Of a DNA stretch of 64,000 nucleotides, positions 17,002 to 29,575 are shown piece by piece. Origin of the DNA: Eledone cirrhosa (taxonomy: Eukaryota); contig OZ024742.1 in NCBI GenBank assembly GCA_964016885.1, positions 323,578,001 through 323,642,000 of the forward strand, given 5' to 3'. Numbering within the stretch: the stretch's first letter is position 1; every line of letters begins with the position of its first letter. The notes beneath the pieces are model-generated. The model had not been told where the DNA came from, did no database searches, and worked only from the letters and a program-made list of their open reading frames with translations. The translations under genes were made by a program, and so were the position numbers.

Positions 17002-19582
17002 GTTGTCCTGTTGTGGGCAGTGTCTATTTGGCTGACCATGCCATGCTCATACAGGAACTGATTTGGCTTGATTTCTACAGCTGGATGCCCTTCCTAACAC
17101 CAACCTCATTTACAGTGAGTGCTTGGTGCTTTTTCGTGGCGCCTACATGTCCACTTAACAGTGTGGGCTGGGCGCTTTTTTGCCGTGGCACCTCCACGAC
17201 CACCTTGCAGTGGGGGGTGTGGGCTCATATTGTCTATATGCTTCAGCTTGTACTCATGGGAGGTCGGGTACTCTGTATTACTGCGTGACGCCAGAGGTCA
17301 CGGTCGTGTGTCATCGCCTTTGAGAGGTGTAATTGGGTAAGGTCGGCTTTTATCACCTCATCCCAGGTCATCTTGGGTCTCCCCACTCCGCGGTTTCCAT
17401 CGACTTCTAGTGTTCTGCACCTTTTTATGCAGCTGTCATCCTTCATACGCATCACATGTCCATACCAACGCAACTGCCTCTCCTGCACACAGTATTTGCT
17501 TCCTCTTATGCTCAGTCTCTCTCTCAATTCATTTATGCTTTGTCGTTCGCGTATATTACTATTACACATCCATCGGAGCATGCAGGCTTTGTTTCTCTCT
17601 AATCTACGTAAGTCTTCCACCTTCAGCGCCCAGGTCTCACTACCATGCAACATCGCTGTTCGGATACACGCATCATACAGTCTGCCTTTCATTTTGAGGG
17701 AGAAGATTTTGCAGCTAGCAGTGGTAGTAGTTCCATAAACCTCTTCCATCCCGTTCTTACCCTAGTTATTGTACTTTCTGAACACCCACCTCCGCTGCTA
17801 ATTCGGTCACCTAGGTAGCAGAAGCTGTCTCCTGTTTCTACAGAGCCCTCCCAGAGATTGGTGGTACTTGTTTCCTGTGGCTGTTTGCTGCTTGCTGTCC
17901 CAGCACAGCTGCTGCATGTGAAGCCTACATTCTTAATTAAGCTTCCTTAGATCCCGCTACATCTCTTGTGTACCCATTGTTTGAATTTGGGGCAGAGAAT
18001 GGAGTTCCTACTTACACCTTTCCTACATACTGAGCAAGGCCATTTCCCTGAGGGGATCTGGGTTCTGTTTTCTTGTCTACTTACAAGGACCTTAGTCTTT
18101 GTCATGTTGACTTTGAGACCCTTTCTTTCTAGTCCCTGCTTCCAAGTTTGGAATTTCTTCTCTAGTTCTACCATAGATTCAGCTATAAGTGCGAGGTCAT
18201 CAGCATACAGGAGTTCCCATGGGCATCCGGTCTTAAACTCCTCCGTTATTGCCTGCAGGACTATGATGTACAGGAGGGGGCTAAGAACAGAGCCCTGGTG
18301 GACCCCAACCTGTACGCTAAATTCCTCGCTATACTCATTGCTAATCTTAACTTTGCTGACTGCTCCTCTATACATGGCTTGTACCGCTTTCACAAGCCAT
18401 TCATCTACTCCTAGTTTTCTAAGAGCCCACCAGATTACAGCAGGTGGAACTCTGTCAAAGGCTTTCTCAAAATCGACAAATGCCAGGTAGAGTGGCTTAC
18501 TTTTAGCTAGGTACTTTTCCTGTAACTGGTGCCTCTTCCTGGTACAAACCCAAATTGCATCTCATCTAGTTTCACCCGGTCCCTAATCAACTGTGCTATA
18601 ACTCTTTCTGTTACTTTCATGACCTGGTCCATCAGCTTTATACCTCTATAGTTTCCTCTATCTAGTGCATCACCTTTACCTTTATAGCAGTTGACAATGA
18701 TGCTACTGCACCAATCTTTTGGTATGGCACCTTCTAGTATTACCTGGTTAACAATATGTTTGGTTATAGTGTGATCTACAGACCCAGATGCCTTCAGCAT
18801 CTCGGCAGCTATACCCGGTGGACCGGTTGCCTTCCCCATCTTCATATCTTTGATTGCCTTACTTACTACGTTGCTGCTGACTTGTACTGCTGGCCCCTCT
18901 ATAGGGTCTACTTGGGGTAGGGTCTCTTCTTCCCATGCATTCTCCTCATTTAGTAATCTATCATAATGACTCTTCCATGCATCTTTCTTCTCAGCACGTG
19001 TGAGGGCAAGCTCACCTTTATCATTCCGGATACACTTCTCTCCAATGACATCACAATTCTCTCTGATACACTGCCTCGCAATCTTGAACACCTCCTGTTT
19101 CTGGTCCTCACGTTGCAAAACATGCTTGAATTTTCTATCCTCTGCTTCCCTCCTAGCTAAGTATACTTGTCGCCTAGCTTCTCTCTTGGTCTCTATGTAA
19201 TGTACCCTGCTCCCCCCGTTCTTCCATTCTTTCCATGCCTGTCTCTTGGCCTTAACTGCCTCATCTACCTTATTGTTCCACCACCAAGTCACTCTTCTCC
19301 TGCTTGTGGTCTTACTCCAGCCACACCTCATCCGTCGCCTCTAGTAAGTTATTTTTTAGGAACTCCCAGTGCTCTTCTACATTGAATGTCTATATCTGTT
19401 CTTCTTTACTGTCATAGGCGTTGAGTAAAATATCTTTAAATCTGTTACTGGTTGAGGGGTCTTTCAGCTTCCAAATCTTTCTTCTCCAGGTTGGCCTCTG
19501 TTTCCAGGTTCGTCTATTTCTGACTGTGAGGTCGCTGACAACTAAGCTATGTTGGGATGTACATTCCTCACTAGGGAAGGCT
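17002..19582 (-). mobile_element. RTE family B, 5'-truncated, frameshifted
   Basis: ORFs 19390-19620, 18507-19331, 17947-18393, 17243-17749 give ECTSQH, TWWWN, QFGFVPG, GVHQGSVLSP, YADD, PHD finger and RWYGH. Confidence 0.92.
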
Positions 19583-20700
19583 ACGAACAGCAATGTTACA
19601 TGGCAGTGAGACCTGGGCATTGTGTGCAGAGGATATACGCAGACTGGAAAGGAACGAAGCTTGCATGATCCGCTGGATGTGTAATAGTAATATACGTGAA
19701 CGGCAAAGCATACACAAACTAAGGGAGAAATTAGGGATCAGATGTTGTTTACTCGAGAGAAGACTACGTTGGTACGGTCACGTGATGCGCATGAAAGATG
19801 ACAGCTGTATAAAAAAGTGCATGGTGATAAAAATAGACGGTAGCCACAGAGTAGGCAGACCCAGAAAAACCTGGGGCGACTTGATAAATTCCGACCTCAC
19901 ACACACCTCTCCAAGACAATGTCACTGGACCGAGACCTTTGGCGGTACTCAGTAATAGAGAAGACCCGCCTTACCTAAATACAAAGTAAAACCTACTACA
20001 GTCAGTAGGCATCTCTGACAAAATACACCCCCGCCCCATCCACACCGCCCCTTTCAATGTAAAGTTATGTTGGTGCCACAACATCCAGGCCGAAACAAAT
20101 GAGATCGTGTAGGTGTCACGACAAAAAAACACACAGTCCACGCTGTAATGTGGCCGTGTAGGCAACACGGTAAAAACCTCCCAGTTCCACACTGTAAATG
20201 TGGTTGGTGTTAGGAAGGGCATCCAGCTGTTGAAAACCCGCCAGACAGTCCACGCTGTAATGTGGTCGTGTAGGCAACACGGAATTACAGTAATACAGAA
20301 GACCCGCCTTGCCTAAGTACAAAGCGAAACCTACAGTCAGTAGGCACCTCTAACAAAAATACACCCCTGTCCCACTACCCCCACCCCATCCACACCACCC
20401 CTTTCAATGTAAAGTTATGTTGGTACCACAACATCCAGTCCGAAACAAATGAGGTCGTGTAGGTGTCACGACAAAAAAACACAGTCCACGCTGTAATGTG
20501 GCCGTGTAGGTAACACGGTAAAAACCTCCCAGTCCACACTGTAAACGTGGTTGGTGTTAGGAAGGGCATCCAGCCGTAGAAAACCTGCCAGACAGTCCTA
20601 TACGAGCAAGACAACCAATCTTGCCTCAAGTGGGAAAATTCCCGTCCAAACCCATGCAAGCGTGGAATATGGACGTTAAACGATGATGATGATGATGATA
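19583..20700 (+). mobile_element. RTE family A C-terminus with duplicated 3' UTR
   Basis: ORF 19593-19955 MLHGSETW...RWYGH; the 3' UTR occurs twice (about 19950-20282 and 20288-20700); (GAT)n tail. Confidence 0.9.
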
Positions 20701-20762
20701 GATATTTATATATATATATATGTTTTGCCAGGTTTTTGATATGAAATCGTGTGTCGAAACAA

Positions 20763-21169
20763 ATATTGTTATACTTGGGGAGGGTCATATTTGTGTAATA
20801 ATATTGCCAGAATCAATAACAGAACACACTCACTGTTTGGTTGGTTTTCGCTTCTGTGTCTTTTATATCGGTTAATTTAATTTATTCGGTCCTCAATGTT
20901 ACCATTGACTGACCAACGGTCAAAAATACAGATATAATATAGACACAAACACATATATATATAGTTAGACTATATATATGTGTTTGTGTGTATATTATAT
21001 CTGTATTTTTGACCGTTGGTCACTCAATGGTAACATTGAGGACCGAATAAATTAAATTAACCGATATAAAAGACACAGAAGCGAAAACCAACCAAACAGT
21101 GAGTGTGTTCTGTTATTGATTCTGGCAATATTATTATATAAATATGATCCTCCCCAAGTATAACAATAT
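20763..21169. repeat. Near-perfect palindrome, ~200-bp arms
   Basis: ATATTGTTATACTTGGGGAGG...ACACATATATATATAG-TTAGA-CTATATATATGTGT...CCTCCCCAAGTATAACAATAT with only a few mismatches. Confidence 0.95.
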
Positions 21170-21262
21170 ATATGTATATGTATTAAAGGTATATATTGAG
21201 TTAGGAACTCAAAATAGTCTCTTACAACAAAATAGCTCTAAGAAAGAGATATTTCTGAGCAG

Positions 21263-21469
21263 TATATTATAATAGAATATAAAAGAAAAAACAAACACAG
21301 ATATATAGATATATGTGTTTAAATCGTAAGGCGCCTGATTCGCTAAGGTGAAAAGAATACTAACTATAGACAGTATTCTTTTCACCTTAGCGAATCAGGT
21401 CCCTTACGATTTAAACACATATATCTATATATCTGTGTTTGTTTTTTCTTTTATATTCTATTATAATAT
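21263..21469. repeat. Near-perfect palindrome, ~100-bp arms
   Basis: ...CTGATTCGCTAAGGTGAAAAGAATACT-AACTATAGAC-AGTATTCTTTTCACCTTAGCGAATCAG... Confidence 0.95.
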
Positions 21470-21484
21470 GTATATATATATATA

Positions 21485-24480
21485 TCATCATCATCATCAT
21501 TTTACATCCGCTCTTCCCTGCTCGCAAGGGGGGGGACAGGTGTTATTCAGCACAGCATCTCTCCACTCGTCACGGTCCTTCGTCATCTCCACTGTGAGCT
21601 TCAACGATCTGAGGTCTTTTCTCACCACCTCCGCCCATGTTTTTCATGGTCTACCTCTACCACGTCTTCCTTCAACTGGCATTTCCTGGCACTTCTTCAC
21701 CCATCGGTCATCCTCCATGCGCATCACCTCTCCCGTTCACTACATTCTATCCTTCTCAGACACAGTTTCTCTCTCAACACATTCATGCTGGGTCGTTCAC
21801 GCACATTGACACTGCACATCCAACGGAGCATGCTTGCCTCATTTCTCTCCAGCCGTTGCATATCATCTGCAGTTGCTGCCCATGTCTCACTACCATGCAG
21901 CATCGCGCTCCTCACACAGGCATCATACAACTGGCCTTTCATACGCAGGGAGAAACCCTTCTTCGTCAACAGAGGAAGCAGCTCCCTAAACTTCTTCCAA
22001 CCCGTCCTTATTCTAGATACTATGGCCTCGGAACACCCTCCTCCCATGTTAATCTGATCTAGGTACCGGAAGCTATCCACCACTTCTATAGCACCCTCCT
22101 GCATTTGAAAAATGTCTCTATCAATGCGACTTCTACTGTCTAATTTCCCTGTACATCTACTGCATACATATTTCTCCCTACCTGTTAGTTTGCCTGCTAT
22201 CTCGCTACATCTCTTGTGTACCCAGGATCTGCATTGTGTGCATTATATAAAATTTATGCCAGTTTCTTTTCTGCATATCGAACATGGCCATTTCCCTGAC
22301 GGAATCAGGGTTTTGTCCTCTTTTCTACTCATCAACACTTTTGTCTTAGCTAGGTTCACTCTCAGTCCTCTTGCTTCCAACTGCTGTTTCTATAGCCAGA
22401 ATTTATTCTCTAGCTCCTCTACTGATTCTGCTATAAGAACCAGATCGTCAGCATAGAGAAGTTCCCATGGACAGCCAGTCTTAAACTCCTCTGTTATGGC
22501 TTGGAGGACTATAATGAACAAGAGCAGGCTGAGGACCGAACCTTGATGTACTCCTACTTGTATCTGGAATTCCTCACTAAACTCCATTCCTACCCTGACT
22601 TTACGGAGAGTACCTCTGTACAAAGCTTGTACTGTTCTCACAAGCCATTCCTCAACACCTAGTTTCTTTAGGGACCACCAGATGACAGATCGGGGTTCCC
22701 TATCAAAGGCCTTCTCTAGGTCAACAAAGGCTAAGTATAGTGGCTTATTTTTCTCTAAGAACCTCTCTTGCAATTGTCTCACCAAGAAGAGGGTATCTGT
22801 TGTACTCTTCCCAGGCACAAAACCAAACTGCATCTCATCTAGTTTGACCCTTTCTCTAATTAGTTGTGCTAATATCCTTTCTGCCACTTTCATAACCTGA
22901 TCCATCAGTTTTATACCCCTATAATTGCTCCTCTCCAGAGCATCCCCTTTACCTTTGTAGCAATTTATGAGAATACTGCTGCACCAGTCTTTGGGCATGA
23001 CACCACCATATATAGCCTGATTGATGATGCGTGCAACCAGTTTAGTGCCTACGTCCCCTGATGCCTTCAGCACCTCAGCAACTATTCCCGATGGTCCAGC
23101 AGCCTTACCATTCTTCATTTCCTTAATTGCCTCTTGTACTCTATATTCGTCATAGCTGGTCCCTCTGTCGGGTCTACTGGGGGTAATTTCTCTCTCTCCC
23201 ATTCGTTCTCCACATTCATCAGTCTCTCATAATGACATTTCCAGGCCTCCTTCCTTTGATCATTCGCGACACTAAGTACACCGGCATCATTCCGGACACA
23301 CTTATCTCCAACAACATCTTGATTTGCACTGACACACTGCCTTGCAATGCGGGACACCACACGTCTCTGATCTTCCCATTGCAGAACATTAGCAAACCTC
23401 CTACTCTTAGCCTCCCTGCGTGGTAAGTACACCTGACGTCTAGCTTCTCTCTTAGCGGCTGTGTATCTGTCTCTACTCCCACCATTTTTCCAAGCTTTCC
23501 ATGCTAGTCTTTTGTCTCTAATGGCCCTATCTACCATGCTGTTCCACCACCAGGTCACTTGCTGTCTGGTTGGAGCTCTGCTCCAGTCACAAGTTAGCCT
23601 GCAGTAAGTTGTCACGCAAGAAATTCCAGTTATCATCTATGTCATACAACTCTAAATCGTCTTCTTTATCGTTGTATGCATCTTGAAGGGCTTTGCTTGA
23701 TTTATATTTTAATGAAAGGTCTTTTAGCTTCCAGACCTTTCTTTTCCATATCTTCCTGTATGTCTCATTCTTTCTCTTGCTTACTTAGATGTCACTAACG
23801 ACTAACCTATGCTGTGGGGTACATTCTTCCCCAGGGTAAGCCTTAGTATTTGACACCATCTGCCTGTTTCGCTGTCTAACTAGCAGGAAGTCAATCTGGC
23901 TTATGTGCTCGCCTGATTTGTAGGTTATTAGGTGGTTGGTAGACTTCTGGAAGTTAGTATTGCAAATGGTTAGTGCATTTGCATCACAAAACTCAAGAAG
24001 CCTCACTCCTTCATTTCTTGAGCCGTAACCGTGCCCACCATGTACCCCAGTGTACCCTTAGTATCTTTCCTACAACTAACCTAAGCTTAATTATTCTATT
24101 ACTAACTCTAACTACTTCTATCGTCTTATTGATCCATCTCTCAGCCAGTAATATGCCCACCCCACCTAACCCATAATCATTACCCACCCAGAAAAGCTTA
24201 TAACTACGATGTTTGCCTGCAATTAGTCTTGCAGAGGCACCTCTCCATTGCACCTCTTGCACAGAGCACACATCCACATGCTTTCTGTCCAGCATCTCTG
24301 CAATCTCACCAGATCTACCTGTTAGAGTGCCAACATTAAGTGTGGCATCTCTGAGATGCGACATCCCGTTCTTTTACCTGTTGTGCAGTTGCTTGTTGAC
24401 GGTCGTGGGGTTCTCACACATGGCCTCACTAGCCACTCCACTACCGTGCGCAGCCTTAACATGGTTAGTGTTATTGCTGT
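21485..24480 (-). mobile_element. RTE family C, near-full-length, degraded
   Basis: APE endonuclease start TLNVGTLTGRS...VDVCSVQEVQW, then SQIDFLL, TWWWN, QFGF, DLEKAFD, YADD, PHD finger; short 3' UTR distinct from A and B; (GAT)n tail; several deletions and frameshifts. Confidence 0.9.
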
Positions 24481-24606
24481 TTACGCAGTTGTATATATAT
24501 GTATATCTGTATATATATATATGATTTATTATCTTTTGGTCGTTTTGGAAGCCTCAACAATGCAGATGGGTAATTCTCCGGGTAACAGGATCCAGTGGTG
24601 AAGAGA

Positions 24607-25092
24607 GAGATGTAAGGGAATGTAGAATGAGATGTATAGTGTGTAGAGGAACGTAGGAAAGAGCGTAAAAAATAAAAATAATAACACGAGATGTAAGGGA
24701 ATGTAGAATGAGATGTAAAGTGTGTAGAGGAACGTAGGAAAGAGCGTAAAAAATAAAAATAATAACACGAGATGTAAGGGAATGTAGAATGAGATGTAAA
24801 GTGTGTAGAGGAACGTAGGAAAGAGCGTAAAAAATAAAAATAATAACACGAGATGTAAGGGAATGTAGAATGAGATGTAAAGTGTGTAGAGGAACGTAGG
24901 AAAGAGCGTAAAAAATAAAAATAATAACACGAGATGTAAGGGAATGTAGAATGAGATGTAAAGTGTGTAGAGGAACGTAGGAAAGAGCGTAAAAAATAAA
25001 AATAATAACACGAGATGTAAGGGAATGTAGAATGAGATGTAAAGTGTGTAGAGGAACGTAGGAAAGAGCGTAAAAAATAAAAATAATAACAC
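24607..25092. repeat. 81-bp minisatellite, 6 copies
   Basis: Units start at 24607, 24688, 24769, 24850, 24931 and 25012 (GAGATGTAAGGGAATGTAGAATG...ATAACAC); essentially identical. Confidence 0.97.
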
Positions 25093-25720
25093 AAGATAGA
25101 GTTACCTTGGGAGAGATTTAATTGTCCCTATATTTCGGATTCGCATCCATCTACTGGTGGGTTTTCCGGGGTGGGGTGGGGGTTATCTGTCGGAGAGGAA
25201 TGGAACGTATCTTCTGCTGTTCGTTACTAATTGAGGTATTCTGCAGAGCGCGCGTGCGCGCAGAATCGGTGCGGTCTAGCAGAGGTCGAAGTAGTTCTTT
25301 TGATTGCGGAAGTGGGATGGCGTTAGCTGTCAGTCCATTGTACTATTTATCTGTGTTGGTTTTTGGTACTGGCAGTGTAGTATAGTCGTCTGGTGGTAGT
25401 ATTCTGCCTGGTCTCTTCTTTTTTTTTTTTTTAGGTCAGTGGATGGTGGCGGTGCTACACACAAAAACAACCGTTCGAATGTCACTGTGCGTGTGTTGGC
25501 GCCTTGTTAGTTTACACCAACCACCTCATCTCGCTTCTCTTGGATCGGTAATTTATTTGTGGCCCTAGGCGTTTGATCCAAATCCGGAAACAAAGACGGA
25601 AGGCCCATTGTCACAGTGCTAGCGACAGAATGCAACGTCGGCACGCTACGAATCAAGGAAGCACTTTGGATCAAACGTCTAGAGCCACAAATAAATAACC
25701 GATCCGAGAGAAGGATATAA
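25093..25720. mobile_element. Penelope-like element remnant: GIY-YIG C-terminus in inverted arrangement plus pseudo-LTR
   Basis: Plus 25595-25717 reads VTVLATECNVGTLRIKEALWIKRLEPQINNRSE; minus 25583-25512 reads WIKRLGPQINYRSKRSEMRWLV*; these form 47-bp inverted arms 25536-25582/25665-25711. Confidence 0.7.
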
Positions 25721-25852
25721 ATATATATATATATATATAAATAAATATACAAATACATGTGTATTATTATAGTTAGTATCTCTGTGTTATTTGACTTCTT
25801 TCATGGTTACTGAGGTAGTTTGACATGATCACAGCTTAATTATTTACATAAA

Positions 25853-28800
25853 CATCATCATCATCATCATCGTTTAACGTCCATATTCCACGCTTGCATG
25901 GGTTTGGACGGGAGTTATCCCACTTGAGGCAAGAGTGGTTGTATTGCTCGCATAGGACTGTCTGGCGGGTTTTCTACAGTTGGATGCCCTTCCTAACACC
26001 AACCACATTTACAGTGTGGGGCCGGGAGGTTTTTACCGTGTTGCCTACACGGCCACATTACAGCGTGGCTGTGTTTTTTTTGTCGTGACACATACACAAC
26101 CTCATTTGTTTCGGGCTGGATGTTGTGGTACCAACATAACTTTACATTGAAAGGGGTGGTGTGGATGGGGTGGGGGTAGTGGGATGGGGTGTATTTTGTT
26201 AGAGGTGCCTACTGACTCTAGTATGTTTCACTTTGTACTTAGGTAAGGCGGGTCTTCTCTATTACTGTGTAGCGCCAAAGATCTCGGTCCAGTGACATTG
26301 TCTTGGAGAGGTGTAACTGTGAGGTCGGAATTTATCAAGTCGTCCCAGGTTTTTCTGGGTCTGCCTACTCCGTGGCTACCGTCTATTTTTATTGTCCTGC
26401 ACTTTTTTATACAGCTGTCGTCTTTCATGCGCATCACGTGACCAAACCAACGTAGTCTTCTCTCGAGTAAACAACATCTGATCCCTCTTATTTCTAATTT
26501 TTCCCTTAGTTCGTTTATGCTTTGCCGTTCACGTATATTACTATTACACATCCAGTGGAGCATGCAAGCTTCGTTCCTCTCCAGTCTGCGTATATCCTCT
26601 GCACACAATGCCCAGGTCTCACTGCCATGCAACATTGCTGTTTGTATGCAGGCATCATACAGCCTGCCTTTCATTTTTAGGGAGAACCCTTTAACGGCTA
26701 ATAGTGGTATAAGCTCTCTGAACTTTTTCCATCCAGTTCTGACTCTAGCTACTGTACTTTCAGAGCACCCTCCCCCACTGCTGATTTTGTCACCCAGGTA
26801 ACAGAAGCTGTCCACTATTTCTATAGAACCATCTGTGCAATGGAATGAGCTAGTATTCTGTGGGCACTTGCTGCTACTTATTGCACCAGAGCACTGGCCA
26901 CATATAAAATCTATGTTCTTAGTTAGCTTACCTGTGATCCCACTACATCTTTTATGCACCCATACTTTGCATTTGGGACATAAAATGGAGTTTCTACCTA
27001 CTCCTTTCCTACACACTGAGCATGGCCATTTCCCGGATGGGACCGGTGCCCTATTTTCCTTCCTACAAACTAGAACTTTAGTCTTAGACAGGTTAATTTT
27101 AAGGCCTTTTGATTCTAGGCCATGCTTCCATGTTTGGAATTTATTCTCTAGTTCGGCCATTGATTCAGCTATGAGCGTTAGATCATCTGTGTATAGGAGT
27201 TCCCATGGGCAGCCGGTCTTGAACTCCTCTGTTATAGCCTGAAGGGCAATAATAAATAGTAGGGGGCTAAGAACAGAGCCCTGATGGACACCAACTTTTA
27301 TGCTAAACTCTTCACTATATTCGTTGTTAATTCTAACCTTGCTGACTGTTTCTTTATACATGGCTTGTATAGCTCTCACAAGCCATTTATCAACACCTAG
27401 TTTTCTAAGAGCCCACCAGATAATGGAACGGGGGACTCTGTCGAAGGCTTTCTCCAAGTCGACAAAAGCTAAGTATAGGGGTTTACTTTTAGCTAGGTAC
27501 TTCTCCTGTAGTTGTACAATGAAAAGAGCGTCTGTGGTACTTTTACCTGACACAAACCCGAACTGCATTTCATCTAGATCAATTCTCTCTCTGATTAGTT
27601 GCACTATTACTTTTTCTGTGACCTTCATGACCTGCTCGATTAATTTAATGCCTCTATAGTTACTCCTATCTAGGGCATCTCCTTTACCCTTGTAGCAGTT
27701 AATGATGATGCTGCTACGCCAGTCCTTCGGAACAACCCCATTCTGTATGACTTGGTTTACTATCCGGGTGACCATGGTGTGTCCCACTGTTCCAGAAGCT
27801 TTCAGCATTTCAGCAACTATTTCTGAAGGCCCAGCCGCCTTACCCGTCTTCATATCTTTGATTGCCTTACTTATTATACTACCTTCGACCAACACTGCTG
27901 GTCCCTCTATTGGGTCGATGTGGGGGGAGACTGCCTTTCTCCCATTTATTCTCCTCATTTAGTAGCCTTTCGTAGTGACACTTCCAAGCTACCTTCTTAT
28001 CAGCGTCAGTGATGGCAAGTACACCATCATCATTCAGGACACACTTCTCCCCGACAAAATCACGGTTTTCCTTGACACATTGCCTAGCAATCCCGAACAC
28101 CTCACGTTTTTGGTCCTCGCGTTGTAGAAGATGCTTGAACTTTCTTTCCTCTGCTTCCCTTCTTGCGAAGTACACTTGTATCCTAGCTTCCCTCCTGGCC
28201 ACTTGATAGTCTTCTTTACTTCCCCCATCCCGCCATACTTTCCAAGCCTGCTTTTTGGCCTTAATTGACTCCTCCACCTTACTGTTCCACCACCATGTTA
28301 CTCTCCTCCTGCCTATAGGCCTGCTCCAGCCACAGACTTCGTCTGCCGCCATCAGCAGGTTTGCTTTCAGGAATTCCCACTGTTCCTCTATATTGTACGA
28401 CTCTAAATGCTCTTCCTTACTGTCGAAAGCATCAAGTAATATGCTTTTAAATTTATTTCTGGCTGTGGGGTCCTTTAGCTTCCATATTTTTCTCCTGAGG
28501 ATAGTCCTCTTCTGTTGTCGAGTACGTCTCATCCTGACTATGAGGTCGCTAATTATCAGTCTATGTTGGGAGGTGCATTCTTCATGGGGGAGGAATTTAG
28601 TGTTTACAACAGATACTCTGTCACGTCTTCTGGTAAGGATATAATCTACCTGGCTGGTACGTTCCCCTGATCTGTAGGTGATCAAGTGATTGTCTCGTTT
28701 TTTGAAGTTAGTGTTACAGATAGTTAGGTTATTTGCGTCACAGAATTCCAGGATTCTGGAGCCTTCTTCATTTCTAGTACCAAACCCATAGCCTCCGTGG

Positions 28801-29420
28801 ATACTTCATAGCCGTCACAATGTTGTCCAACGTGACCATTTAGGTCGGCAGCTATAATTATATAGTCACTGTCGGTTATTTGGGAGGTAGTGAGCATCAG
28901 TGTCTCATAGAATCTGTCTTTTATAGCGCCAGGCAGTTCAGATTGGGGTGCGTACGCAGATATTACTGTCACAGTAGTTCTATTTAGAACAAGTCTTATT
29001 TTAATTATTCTGTCATTCACTCTATTTACGTCTATTATCTTATCCACCCATTTTTCTGCTAACATGATTCCTACTCCACCTAGCCCATTGTCATTTCCCA
29101 CCCAGAAAAGCTTATAACATCGTTTTTTACCCACAATGAATCTAGCAGACCCGCCCCTCCACCTGGTCTCTTGGATACAGCAAACATCAACCTCCTTACG
29201 TTCAGGCATTTCTACAACCTCGTTAGAGGCGGCCTTTTAAGGTGCCTACATTCATGGTACCAACTCTGAAGTTTTGGATTGTGTCTGGTGGGTGGGGCGC
29301 AGGGAGGGGTGAGGGGGATGGGGTTGGGGTTATGTTGGCCATCCGCGGCCGAAACAAAGTGGAGGAGTCCTTGCCCTTTCGTCCGGCAGCATGAGGTGAA
29401 TTTGTCGTTATCTTTGGCAT
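25853..29420 (-). mobile_element. Near-full-length RTE family A LINE (APE endonuclease, RT with internal PHD finger), frameshifted
   Basis: Collinear ORFs 29223-29420, 28724-29209, 27879-28685, 26228-27958: GTMNVGTL, CCIQETRW, SAYAPQ, DLNGHVG, SQVDYIL, QFGF, DLEKAFD, GVHQGSVLSP, YTDD; 3' UTR and (GAT)n tail. The 5' UTR boundary is uncertain. Confidence 0.95.
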
Positions 29421-29575
29421 TGTCTTCGAGTGTCCAGATTCTTCAGACTCTCTAGAAATTCCTTAGTCCATCCATCATATCGAAAAGCAACCAGGAGAAG
29501 TGATAGCATAGGCCGTTGACTTGTGATTGGTCCAAATAATAAAGGTGGAGGCGAGCGGGAGGGGTATGGAGTAGT

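Noticed and set aside
24471-25094. ORFs with 27-aa repeats
   Set aside because: A by-product of the 81-bp minisatellite; no synonymous variation or protein motif.
25415-25440. Poly-T plus AG splice acceptor
   Set aside because: Better explained as an A-tract in the minus-strand PLE UTR; no exon or donor can be supported.
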